Shown: positions 9,820-19,526 of the stretch, one piece after another
How the letters are laid out: each line of letters begins with the position of its first letter
Numbering within the stretch: the stretch's first letter is position 1
Virus record (IMG/VR): IMGVR_UViG_3300015365_000054
Reading direction: 5' to 3' (one strand)
DNA length: 62,718 nt
Source of the DNA: a virus
Taxonomy: Duplodnaviria > Heunggongvirae > Uroviricota > Caudoviricetes
Position numbers and translations under genes: made by a program
The notes under the pieces: generated by a model
Told to the model about the DNA's origin: nothing
The model's input: the letters and a program-made list of their open reading frames with translations, nothing else
The model's database searches: none

Positions 9820-10251
9820 TCAATGTATTGGTTTATTTTTTCTATCATTCATGATATCTGGAAATGAGATGATGTTTTCATCTTTATTATCATTAGCTCT
9901 TTTTGGTTTATTTTCTGTATCGTCTTCAAATTCATCGTGAAACTGTTCGTAGAAAAAGAATTCTTTGGCTTGAATATAATGGTCTAGGAAATCTTCCCTG
10001 ACTGGCAGATGGAAAACAACTTCTTTTAGGGGGAAGGTTATTTTTGTCTCTGTTACAATTTGTTGTGGTAGCACTTCCCTCATATATAATGCTTGTTTGC
10101 CTTGATCGTATAATGTCTCCAATTCAACTATCAGTGGAAATTCTATCGTCAGGATATCTTCGGTGATAGTCACATATCCCGCCATATCTTCGAATTTATT
10201 AGTCAGTCTAATGAACTCTACTACCGAATCATCTTTTTTTGTGTCTGACAT
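9820..10251 (-). CDS. Hypothetical protein between uvsW and gp55
   Basis: 143-aa ORF overlapping both neighbours; no motif recognised. Confidence 0.7.
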   Translation of the reverse strand: MSDTKKDDSVVEFIRLTNKFEDMAGYVTITEDILTIEFPLIVELETLYDQGKQALYMREVLPQQIVTETKITFPLKEVVFHLPVREDFLDHYIQAKEFFFYEQFHDEFEDDTENKPKRANDNKDENIISFPDIMNDRKNKPIH

Positions 10252-11717
10252 TATTCTATCCTTATAGTTGTAGTTGTGATTGGATGTTTCTCTTCGCTAT
10301 AAATTTTAAGTCTTTCCACATAATGCTTTAGTGCAAAATTAAGCTTATCCCCAGAACGCAAATCATCTACAATATCATATAATGTGGCAGTATCCTTCCC
10401 ATCAGCTGTCCTTAAAATTCTACCAATTGATTGTAATGTTCTGATCTTACTTTTTGTGGGAGAAGAAAAAATTAGATTGTGGAGATTTTTAATGTTCACT
10501 CCGGTAGAGAATGTACCAAATGATGCTATGATCAGTGCATCATTCTCCTTCTCAACTATGTTTCTTATCTCTTCCCTATCTTTCGCATCAACCCCACTAT
10601 AAACAAAAAACACTTTCCTACCATTAGCCTTACTTTCAATAATTTCTTTAAGGATTATACCATGTTTTTCCACAAAAGTAAATAAAATCAGAGTGTTGCC
10701 TTTTATATTTAGTGACAGATTTGCTATGAAATTGTTCCTTGCTTTGTTGCTTATAATAAAGTCTATCTCTTCAAAATAATCACTCCCCTGTATCGCATTA
10801 CATGTTTCTTCTGAATACTTCAATATTATAAATTTGATTTTCAACTCAGCAAGATGTTCTTCATCAATCAACTCTTTTGTCGATTTCAATCTTTGCACAA
10901 CACCAAATAAACCTTCTATGATTAGTTTATGAACTTGGCTGTTATCTAATGATCCGGTTAACCCAATTCGAACATCACAATTGACTAATTTGGTCATAAT
11001 ATCAACCAAGGAACTGCTCTGGAAATGGTGTGCTTCGTCACCAATGATAAAATCGAATTGAGAAAAATATTGCTTATCCATCTCATATATGGATTGCCAT
11101 GTACTGCAAACGAGATCTTTATCGGGCACTTTCGAATATCCTGAGTAAATTTTTTGACAGTGCTTATCTACATCCCATCCATTCTCAGATGAATAATCTT
11201 TGAAGTCGCTATACATCTGTTCAACAAGATTCACAGTTGGTACTATCAACAATCCACGAGACTTGGTTTGCAACAAATGTCGTAGCATGATGTATATTAT
11301 CAGAGATTTACCGGATCCAGTTGGTGACTGTATCACACAACGTTTATGAGATAGGGCATAGGATGATCCATATACCTGATAATCTCTGGTTTCTATTTTA
11401 TCCGGCAATAGAAGAGATTTTATGATATTTCTTGTGTCTATTGGGTATATTTTTTCATCATCCAAATATACACAAGAGTAATTTCGCATTTTGCAAAATG
11501 CTTTTATGTGCTTGACCAATCCAACATATATTCTTTTGGTCTTTAGGTTATACAGCCTGATCCTTCCATCCCAAAACTTACTTACGTGTCTTTTTTTATA
11601 TTGGCTATCGGGAGCATCAAAAGAAAAGAACTCAGATAATTCTTTATCTATATGTTCGTCGCATTTCACCTTTACATATACATTATTAAGCTTTTTTATT
11701 ACAACATCAACCATCAA
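10251..11717 (-). CDS. uvsW: SF2 DNA helicase UvsW
   Basis: WDGRIRLY, RDYQ, SPTGSGKS, DEAH, GLTGS and QSIGRILR; adjacent to uvsY. Confidence 0.95.
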   Translation of the reverse strand: MMVDVVIKKLNNVYVKVKCDEHIDKELSEFFSFDAPDSQYKKRHVSKFWDGRIRLYNLKTKRIYVGLVKHIKAFCKMRNYSCVYLDDEKIYPIDTRNIIKSLLLPDKIETRDYQVYGSSYALSHKRCVIQSPTGSGKSLIIYIMLRHLLQTKSRGLLIVPTVNLVEQMYSDFKDYSSENGWDVDKHCQKIYSGYSKVPDKDLVCSTWQSIYEMDKQYFSQFDFIIGDEAHHFQSSSLVDIMTKLVNCDVRIGLTGSLDNSQVHKLIIEGLFGVVQRLKSTKELIDEEHLAELKIKFIILKYSEETCNAIQGSDYFEEIDFIISNKARNNFIANLSLNIKGNTLILFTFVEKHGIILKEIIESKANGRKVFFVYSGVDAKDREEIRNIVEKENDALIIASFGTFSTGVNIKNLHNLIFSSPTKSKIRTLQSIGRILRTADGKDTATLYDIVDDLRSGDKLNFALKHYVERLKIYSEEKHPITTTTIRIE

Positions 11718-11735
11718 CTTTACCAGAAATAGGAA

Positions 11736-12185
11736 TCATCTTGCCCCCTGAATGAATCTTTCATGAGTCATATGTTCACGTAATTGCCATGTGCGATTAT
11801 TCAATTCCTTGAGAACATTCGTGCAGAAATTTGCAGCTTCCTCATGATATTGTCTTTTTGTGTTTATATTATTTAGGTCAGCATCACCATCAATATACAC
11901 ACTAATATCAGACTTCAATACAAATTGAAATGGCTCCCATCCCAGTTCCGTCAGCTCATTAGCATCCAATTTACCAGTATAATACATCCACTTAGTTTTC
12001 TTCATACGTAAGAATTCTGCATGATAATGCTTTGATGCTAGATTATGTAATGATAGATATCTATTGTATTTTGCATGTATGATTGGTATATTGAGAATCT
12101 CCTTCTCTGGTTCTGTTGGATTTATAACAGAATCCTTATCCCATTCATCAATCATCTCTTCAATCTTGGGTGTTTTTATTTTCAT
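11736..12185 (-). CDS. uvsY: Recombination mediator UvsY
   Basis: W.KDS.I, IP.IHAKY, KWMYYTGK, Y.D.D.DL and LNNRTWQ. Likely start is MKIKTPK at 12185. Confidence 0.9.
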   Translation of the reverse strand: MKIKTPKIEEMIDEWDKDSVINPTEPEKEILNIPIIHAKYNRYLSLHNLASKHYHAEFLRMKKTKWMYYTGKLDANELTELGWEPFQFVLKSDISVYIDGDADLNNINTKRQYHEEAANFCTNVLKELNNRTWQLREHMTHERFIQGAR

Positions 12186-12217
12186 TTCAAATAACCATAA
12201 GTACCATATTATATGCA

Positions 12218-12246
12218 AATATAACACTATTATGGTGTATAGTCAA
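12218..12246 (-). promoter_or_regulatory. Sigma70-type promoter for uvsY, divergent from repeat element A
   Basis: TTGACT-N17-TATATT on the minus strand. Confidence 0.5.
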
Positions 12247-12256
12247 TTCACTGGAT

Positions 12257-12328
12257 TTGACATGACATCAAACCATCTGTATAATAGACTATGTTGCCGT
12301 TAATGAATAATATTAATTAATATATTAA
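12257..12328 (+). repeat. Copy A of the 56-bp exact repeat (12273-12328), part of a consensus sigma70 promoter on the plus strand
   Basis: TTGACA (12257-62), N17, TATAAT (12280-85). Bases 12273-12328 are identical to 50277-50332. Confidence 0.9.
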
Positions 12329-14790
12329 GAAGAAGCATCTTTATTCTTACGTGCAATATCATATGCTGTTGTTAATAATGCCTGTTTCTTTATTGCCTCA
12401 TTCGGATGATTAATGAATTTACTAACCATATGCATAGGCACTTGTCTATGGGATAGAGCATTAGTTACTACTATTGGATGTTCATCACTTAATGCTTTCT
12501 CAAAGTGAGCATCGGTTAAATGTAACCTAGCCATAGGATTTCCAAATACAGAGCTTTTAACTCCCGGATCAGGATGATTTAATATAGCATTGATATGCTC
12601 CTTATTTATATTTCCATAAGAAGCAACATTACGTCTTATAGCAGGATTACTGTGATTTAGTAATTTTGATAAATGATGGGCTTTTAATCTTGGATCGGTT
12701 ATAGCTGATGGACTCATTACGAAATTAGATGCCCTATCATTCATATTCATGACATGATCAACAGCTGTATCCATGTGTTTATCTTTAAAATGTTGTGAAT
12801 GCATAGCACGATTTACTCTCATATGAGTAGGAACACTTAACATTTTATCAATGACATCACTATTAGCATTTTCATGTTTGGCTACAACATCGCTTAGATC
12901 ATCGTGTTTATCATCCAATGCTGTCATCAAATTATCAACTGATGCATGGGAGCTGCTCAATGCACGGGTTTTGATTGTTGTTCCATTTTCTGGATTGCGG
13001 AGCATCATATCTACGTGTTTTGATGATAAATTAGGATTTAACGCAGCATTAAATCTAGTCTCATGATCTGGATGTGTTACTGCTTTTTCCAAATCATCAC
13101 CTTTTAATAATGGGCTTTTCCCAGCAAACACTCGTACTGGGAGTAATGGATTATCCAATCCTTTCAACATATGCTCTTTGGTTGCATTTTTATGCATAAT
13201 CGCATGTTCTCGTATCGATGGTTCAGAATCAGATAATAATTTATCTATATGATGTGGGGCAAGATTCTTGACTGCATCAACAACTTGAAATCTGACTTTA
13301 GATGATGGGTCGCTTACCAATTTATCAACATCATTGTTTGTCAATTTCTCATGCTGTCTATAAACAGCAGCTGCCCTAACATCATCACTAGTATCATTGA
13401 TTGCTTTCTGCGCATTTTCCACTGATGCACCTCTATGCACGGCAGCATCCTTTCTAACCTCAACACTATGATCATTTAATGCTTTATCTATATTGGCTGG
13501 TGATGAATGTGGCGATCTTATTGCTTTTTGTCTCACCTCAACATTACGATCATCTAATGCGGTATCTATGTGGTGTGATGTGATATTAGGATTTCTCATA
13601 ACAACCATTTTATCATCATAATCTGCTTCACTATGTTTATCTTTGTTAGATAGGATATTTGTTATGTGTTTACTATCCAAATTAGTATGAAGTAATGCAA
13701 CATTACGTAAATTACGATCTCCCCATTTATCATTCATGATATTATCCAGAACTTCTTTTGGCGTATTACTATTATATAACGCCTGTTTTCTTACTGCTAC
13801 GCTTCGGTCATTTTTCACCACATGGGATATTTGTTCTGGTGTGATTTTATCATGGGTGGCAGCAGTCAGTCTAAGCTGTTCATCTGGGTCATTGAGAGCA
13901 ATACCCACATGTTCAGATGTTGCCTTTGGATGATTGAGTGCCGCCTTTTTGATTCTGTAATGCTTTGCTTCTTCTGATCCAGTACTGTTCTCTGGTAATT
14001 TTTGATTCAATATATTAGTTAAATCTTTCTCTCCGACAGCTGGATGTATTTTTTGTGTCGGTGCATTATCATTGTATACGGATGGGTTTATGGTATAAAG
14101 TACGTTGCCCCCTTTATGTTTACCGGATAATTTATCTGCAACTTTACTCATTTCATCCATAAACCCCTGATGCCTTATTCCATAATGGGAATTTATGGCA
14201 TGCATAGTATGTCCTTCTTCATTGTGATATGGATGGAAAGTGGTTCTGGCTATTTCTTTACCTGTATGATCTTTCAAATAACCAACTACAGTACCTTCCT
14301 CTACTTCGTTTTCCAGATAATCCCTGTTGCATCCGTTTTCGAAATTCTTACATGATTCGTTTTCCCATGATTGACCACCTGATGTTTGACCAGCCACACG
14401 ATGTGGATGTCTGGATACATGCACAGTCATTCCTGTGTATTTTTTCCCTTGTCTAGTAGTATCATTAGCAAAGTCATTAATCAGATCTTGGTTTGCCTTT
14501 GTTTTGGTGAGCAACCCACCAATTCTAACAGATCTACCGTGCTTATCTTTGGTCATACCACCCTTATATTCTTCTGGTGATATTGTGGCACCAAGATGCT
14601 CTTCAACTCTTTTATGTACTTCGGATTTGTCTTGAGTTCCTTCTAATGGATATTCTATATCGTGATTACCCTCACCAAAGTAATGATCTGTATGGGATAA
14701 TGTCTTTTTTGTAGGCATAGCCCAACTATCAACATCGTTCTTCTGTTCTGGTGTTAATTCTTCGGTTATAAATTTTTTGAAAGTTTTCAT
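12325..14790 (-). CDS. Putative internal head protein paralog 1: conserved ~250-aa N-domain plus HEAT/LRV-like helical repeats
   Basis: N-terminus MKTFKKFITEE resembles T4 internal-protein capsid-targeting sequences; ~24-aa repeats such as HIDKAL.D....VR..A..HP. Confidence 0.7.
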   Translation of the reverse strand: MKTFKKFITEELTPEQKNDVDSWAMPTKKTLSHTDHYFGEGNHDIEYPLEGTQDKSEVHKRVEEHLGATISPEEYKGGMTKDKHGRSVRIGGLLTKTKANQDLINDFANDTTRQGKKYTGMTVHVSRHPHRVAGQTSGGQSWENESCKNFENGCNRDYLENEVEEGTVVGYLKDHTGKEIARTTFHPYHNEEGHTMHAINSHYGIRHQGFMDEMSKVADKLSGKHKGGNVLYTINPSVYNDNAPTQKIHPAVGEKDLTNILNQKLPENSTGSEEAKHYRIKKAALNHPKATSEHVGIALNDPDEQLRLTAATHDKITPEQISHVVKNDRSVAVRKQALYNSNTPKEVLDNIMNDKWGDRNLRNVALLHTNLDSKHITNILSNKDKHSEADYDDKMVVMRNPNITSHHIDTALDDRNVEVRQKAIRSPHSSPANIDKALNDHSVEVRKDAAVHRGASVENAQKAINDTSDDVRAAAVYRQHEKLTNNDVDKLVSDPSSKVRFQVVDAVKNLAPHHIDKLLSDSEPSIREHAIMHKNATKEHMLKGLDNPLLPVRVFAGKSPLLKGDDLEKAVTHPDHETRFNAALNPNLSSKHVDMMLRNPENGTTIKTRALSSSHASVDNLMTALDDKHDDLSDVVAKHENANSDVIDKMLSVPTHMRVNRAMHSQHFKDKHMDTAVDHVMNMNDRASNFVMSPSAITDPRLKAHHLSKLLNHSNPAIRRNVASYGNINKEHINAILNHPDPGVKSSVFGNPMARLHLTDAHFEKALSDEHPIVVTNALSHRQVPMHMVSKFINHPNEAIKKQALLTTAYDIARKNKDASS

Positions 14791-14793
14791 TGG

Positions 14794-17253
14794 TTAATTT
14801 CCAAAATGATTAACATGGGTTTTTGCTGCAAAACTTATATCTTTATCTGGATGATTTATCAGTGGAGATACCAAATCTGCTGGTGTACGTGAATGAGTTA
14901 GTGCGCTTAATACCACAGCTTTAGATCTATCATGTAATGCAGTGTTAAAATTATCTCGTGAGATATTAGGTACAGATGAATAATTACTGAATATACTTGC
15001 TCTTGTTAGAGCATTTTTTGATCCTAATATCTTGGTGATATGATCATTATTTAGGTTGTATCCATTTGCCCCAACTAAGGAATGTATAGCAGAATCTTTA
15101 TGTGTTAACAATTTATCAATATGTTGTGGTTTGATTGCTGGTGATGCCAACATATTAACAACACCTTCATGCTCACTCGTAGGTACTGTGTCGTGCTTCA
15201 TGAAATTATCTATTGCATGATCAATGTGTCTGCTGGTTAAAGAATGCACACTATGATAATTTGTTGATCTTAATGCTTTATTACGTGCAGCCACATGTGG
15301 GGAATCTATCATATGGAAAATATGATCTGATCTAAATGATGGATGATTCATAACTTCTTGGCTCAAATCATCTTCCGGATCTCTCAGTGCTTTTGTTAAA
15401 TTATCTGGTGTTGCATTATTATTTTCTACAGCAGCACGTTTAACTGATATATGATTATCATTTAATGCTTTGTGTATGTTTTCTTCTGTTGCATTGACAT
15501 TTGATGCCGCTGCCATTCTGACATGATGGTGTTCATCATTCAGTGCATGGTGGATTACTTCTGGATCTTTTGTCCATTTTGCGGCTTTGGCTCTGGTAGA
15601 TGTGTCACTACTATTCAATGCTGTCATGAAGTTGTCTTTGGTTGCATTTTTATGTTGTAATGCATATGTGCGAACAAAATCATTTTCATCTTTAAGTGCT
15701 TTATCTATATGTCTTGGGGTTAAATCCCCACGATACACCATGTTATATCTGACTGATGTATTATTGTCCGATAATGCTTTATCTATTTGTTCTGACGTGA
15801 ATTTACGAGCATTGGCATTTATCATACGGGATTTAACACCAAATGATTCATCATTAAGTGCTTTATCTATGTGGTGCGGTAATACATTTGGGTTTGAGGC
15901 TGCTTCTGCCCTAACTGACTCACTCTTGTCTGCCAATCCCTGATCAATTTGTTTAGATGTTGCAGATGGATGTGAAACAGCAGCACCTCTCACTTCATGA
16001 AGGTGAGGATCCTTCATAGCAATATCAATATGTTCAGATGTGATGCGTGGATTTTTGAGCACACTGACTTTATCTTCATGATAAACAAATTTATCATTTA
16101 ATACATCATTTATTTTTTGTGTTGATAAATTGGGATGACGCAATACCATATGGCGCACAGTACTATTAAAAATAGATGGGTCATTACTATTCATTGTCTT
16201 GTCATACACTTTATCTAAAGTATTACTTGACATATTTTTATTTTTTATAGCAGCATGCACTACCATATCATTATTATCTTTTTCTATCACATTATCCAAT
16301 TGTTGCGCAGTAGCTTTTGGGTGTAATGCTGCTTCATGTCTGATATTAGGATCGCTGTCATTGAATGCTATATCAAGATGTTTATCCGTTACCTTTGGAT
16401 CATTAAGTGCGGTTATTTTATTTTTCTGTACTTTATGTATTGATGAGAACCCAACTCCAGTTGGTTTTGATGTAAGGATGTTGGTTATATCATCTGATGT
16501 TGCAGATGGGTGTATGGCTTGTGTTTTGTTGTTATCGTTATACACTTTCGGGTGTATTGTGTACATCAAATCACCACTCTTATGCTCACCAGAAAGTTGA
16601 TCAGCAACCTTTTCCATTTCATCCATAAATCCTTGGTGTTTTATTCCATAATGGGAATTTGTCCTATACATGACACGCTTCTTATCATTAACATATGGCT
16701 GGAAAGTGGTTCTGGCGATTTCTTTACCTGTATGATCTTTTAGATATCCCACCACAGTTCCATTAGCAACTTCATCTTTTAGGTAATGTTTATTCATGCC
16801 AGTATCAAAATTCTTACATGACTCTTGCGCCCATGATTGATTTGATGTCTGACCAGCTACATCATGTGGATGTCTTGATATATGAACAGTTAATCCTGAG
16901 AATTTCTTACCCTGCCTAGTAGTATCATTAGCAAAATTATTGATCAACTCTGGGCTGGCTTTTGATTTTGCTAATAATCCACCAATTCTAGTTTTTCTTC
17001 CATATTTGTCTTCAGCCACTCCCTGTTTATAATCTTCTGGTGATATTTGTGAACCAAGATGTTGTTCAATTTTTTTATGTATTTCGGATTTATCTTCTGA
17101 ACCTTCCAGAGGATAGGTTTTTACATGATTACCTTCACCAAAGTAATGATCTGTATGGGATAATGTCTTTTTTGTAGGCATAGTCCAAGAGTCAACTGCA
17201 CTCTTTTGTGTGTCATTTAATTCTTCTGCTAGAAATGTTTTGAATGTCTTCAT
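14794..17253 (-). CDS. Putative internal head protein paralog 2 (HEAT/LRV-like repeats)
   Basis: MKTFKTFLAEE start; the N-domain is highly similar to paralogs 1 and 3; same repeat unit. Confidence 0.7.
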   Translation of the reverse strand: MKTFKTFLAEELNDTQKSAVDSWTMPTKKTLSHTDHYFGEGNHVKTYPLEGSEDKSEIHKKIEQHLGSQISPEDYKQGVAEDKYGRKTRIGGLLAKSKASPELINNFANDTTRQGKKFSGLTVHISRHPHDVAGQTSNQSWAQESCKNFDTGMNKHYLKDEVANGTVVGYLKDHTGKEIARTTFQPYVNDKKRVMYRTNSHYGIKHQGFMDEMEKVADQLSGEHKSGDLMYTIHPKVYNDNNKTQAIHPSATSDDITNILTSKPTGVGFSSIHKVQKNKITALNDPKVTDKHLDIAFNDSDPNIRHEAALHPKATAQQLDNVIEKDNNDMVVHAAIKNKNMSSNTLDKVYDKTMNSNDPSIFNSTVRHMVLRHPNLSTQKINDVLNDKFVYHEDKVSVLKNPRITSEHIDIAMKDPHLHEVRGAAVSHPSATSKQIDQGLADKSESVRAEAASNPNVLPHHIDKALNDESFGVKSRMINANARKFTSEQIDKALSDNNTSVRYNMVYRGDLTPRHIDKALKDENDFVRTYALQHKNATKDNFMTALNSSDTSTRAKAAKWTKDPEVIHHALNDEHHHVRMAAASNVNATEENIHKALNDNHISVKRAAVENNNATPDNLTKALRDPEDDLSQEVMNHPSFRSDHIFHMIDSPHVAARNKALRSTNYHSVHSLTSRHIDHAIDNFMKHDTVPTSEHEGVVNMLASPAIKPQHIDKLLTHKDSAIHSLVGANGYNLNNDHITKILGSKNALTRASIFSNYSSVPNISRDNFNTALHDRSKAVVLSALTHSRTPADLVSPLINHPDKDISFAAKTHVNHFGN

Positions 17254-17268
17254 GATTTTTTTGATACC

Positions 17269-18846
17269 TTAATCTAAAAATCGTTGGGCATATGTTGATA
17301 CGTCATCATGCGGAGATTTTGTTGCAAATTTGTATTGTTCTGGTGTTACTTTAGTGCCTAATAAAGCAGCATATTGCACACCCTTATCTGGATGGCGTAA
17401 TGCCTTGTCTATATTTTCTTTACTTATATTATCACTATACATGGCATTTGTAGATAGTCGAATATTCCATGGAGTAGGAGGACCACTCAACACATGATTT
17501 ATGTGTTCAGGTGTAATGTTTCTGTTATGTATTGCTGTTTCCGCAGTAGTATAATTATCACCATTTATTGCTTTGAATAAGTTATCGGATGAGGCATTGG
17601 AGTGACTAGCTGCAACCGTTCTTGCTCTGATATTATTACTACTTAATAGTTTATCTATGTGTTTGGGTGTTAGATTTCTATTTGTGGCTATTTCCTCAAG
17701 ATCCTCTGGTTTGCGTGGATTATCTATTACACTATCAATTCTATCTTTTGGGAAATTATCATGATTCAATGCATATTGGCGAACAAGATCATTATTGATG
17801 TGTTTATCATATAAATGAGATACTTGTTTTTCGGATAATGCATTTGGTGTAGATAATAATTCTGTCGTAACTTGTGGATGTTTACTGTTCATAGCCATTT
17901 CTATATGGCTTTGTGTTAGTTTATTATCTCTAGCTAGATTACGTATAACATGACTACTCAATACTCCATTCTTATCACTGGATAATATATCATTGATGTG
18001 CTTATTTGTTATCTTAGGATGATTCAATGCAGAAACTTTAATGTGATCTGATGCACCAGAATTCAATACATCGGTTAATTGTTTACTACTAATTGCTGGA
18101 TGTAATATTGTGTGTGGTTTATTATCATTATATACTTCATCATGTATGCGATGAAGTATACTACCACCTTTATGCTCACCGGATAATTGTGTAGCCACTT
18201 TACCCATTTCGTCCATAAATCCTTGATGCCTTATTCCATAATGTGAGTTTACTGCATATGCCACATCTCCCTCATTATTAATATGAGGTTGGAAAGTGGT
18301 TCTAGCTATCTCTTTGCCTGTATGATCCTTTAAGTACCCAACTACAGTTCCATTAGCAACTTCTGCTCGTAAATAATCTTTATGTAATCCGCTATTGAAA
18401 TTCTTGCATGACTCTTGCGCCCATGACTGATTGCCTGATGTCTGACCAGCTATATCATGTGGATGTCTTGATATATGAACCGTCAATCCACTATATGCTT
18501 TACCTTGTCTGGTAGTATCATTAGCAAAATTATTGATCAATTCTTGACTGGCTTTTGTTCTAGTAAGCAATCCACCTATTTTAGCCTTTCTTCCATATTT
18601 GTCTTCAGCTACACCCTGTTTATAATCATCTGGTGATATCGTAATACCAAGATGATGTTCTGTTGCTTTATGTGTTTCTGATTTATCTTGAGTGCCTTCC
18701 AATGGATAGGTTTTTACATGATTACCTTCACCAAAATAATGATCCGTATGAGCAAGAACATCACTATCCGGCTTTTCCCAAGAATCAACTTTTTGTTTTT
18801 CTGTCGGGGATAATTCTTCTTTAATGAATTGTAAAAATTTCTTCAT
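17269..18846 (-). CDS. Putative internal head protein paralog 3 (shorter repeat region)
   Basis: MKKFLQFIKEE start; same N-domain (ISRHPHDIAGQTS..SWAQESCKNF..GTVVGYLKDHTGKEIART). Confidence 0.7.
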   Translation of the reverse strand: MKKFLQFIKEELSPTEKQKVDSWEKPDSDVLAHTDHYFGEGNHVKTYPLEGTQDKSETHKATEHHLGITISPDDYKQGVAEDKYGRKAKIGGLLTRTKASQELINNFANDTTRQGKAYSGLTVHISRHPHDIAGQTSGNQSWAQESCKNFNSGLHKDYLRAEVANGTVVGYLKDHTGKEIARTTFQPHINNEGDVAYAVNSHYGIRHQGFMDEMGKVATQLSGEHKGGSILHRIHDEVYNDNKPHTILHPAISSKQLTDVLNSGASDHIKVSALNHPKITNKHINDILSSDKNGVLSSHVIRNLARDNKLTQSHIEMAMNSKHPQVTTELLSTPNALSEKQVSHLYDKHINNDLVRQYALNHDNFPKDRIDSVIDNPRKPEDLEEIATNRNLTPKHIDKLLSSNNIRARTVAASHSNASSDNLFKAINGDNYTTAETAIHNRNITPEHINHVLSGPPTPWNIRLSTNAMYSDNISKENIDKALRHPDKGVQYAALLGTKVTPEQYKFATKSPHDDVSTYAQRFLD

Positions 18847-19388
18847 TTAATCCTCTCATAATCATAATATGAAAATCTAAACGATGCCTCTGCTGTTATT
18901 ATATTTTCTGCTGTATCACCAGTATTAAATATTATTGTGGATAAATTTGTAGGAAAAATATCTATTAATTTTATCCTGAAATTGGCATTATTCTTATTTG
19001 TGTATAAAGTCAATATCGCATCTGAATATTGTGCTTTTTGTTTGAATTCTTTACGGAATGCTGCTCCTGATGATTGTTTGGTTAGATTCATATATTCTTT
19101 AAAATCTGTAGGGAAAGTCAATCCCCTCATCCAATCATGTATCTCAGTCCATGCAAGCAAGTCTTCATCAACTAGAAATGTTATATTAAATGTATCATAT
19201 ACCAACTTATCACCAACCATATACAAATCTACAAATGGGGTTTGTCTTGGAACTTCGGTGAGAGATATACCTGGGAAGTTGGCAGACTGGCAAAAATATG
19301 TCATTGTCGGCAATCTCTCAAAAGTTAACCTAAACTTTGTAGATTGCAGCAAATCTGTGTTCTTCGGATTTCGGTTTACTGTTGTCAT
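18843..19388 (-). CDS. gp3: Tail completion / sheath stabilizer
   Basis: KFRL..ERLP...YFCQSANFPGISL, FLVDEDL..W.EIHDWM and IFPTNLS; located right after gp23. Confidence 0.88.
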   Translation of the reverse strand: MTTVNRNPKNTDLLQSTKFRLTFERLPTMTYFCQSANFPGISLTEVPRQTPFVDLYMVGDKLVYDTFNITFLVDEDLLAWTEIHDWMRGLTFPTDFKEYMNLTKQSSGAAFRKEFKQKAQYSDAILTLYTNKNNANFRIKLIDIFPTNLSTIIFNTGDTAENIITAEASFRFSYYDYERIK

Positions 19389-19412
19389 TAATGTTTTCCC
19401 AATTAATCTATA

Positions 19413-19419
19413 TATTTAG
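19413..19419 (-). promoter_or_regulatory. T4-type late promoter (CTAAATA) for gp3
   Basis: TAAATA core 25 nt upstream of the start; the same core recurs upstream of many late genes. Confidence 0.55.
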
Positions 19420-19439
19420 TAAACATGAAGTGATCAGAC

Positions 19440-19466
19440 AAAAAATGGGGGAGCGAACTCCCCCAT
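19440..19466 (-). terminator. Rho-independent terminator after the major capsid gene
   Basis: ATGGGGGAG-TTCG-CTCCCCCAT (UUCG loop) followed by a T-run on the minus strand. Confidence 0.9.
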
Positions 19467-19526
19467 CTAAACTTATCACATATTATTGTTATTATCTTGT
19501 GATATCTGTTTACCAAGCAACCCTTA

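Noticed and set aside
12325-18846. Diversity-generating retroelement behind the paralog similarity
   Set aside because: There is no reverse transcriptase in the window, the similarity is at the 5' ends, and the differences seen are not adenine-specific.
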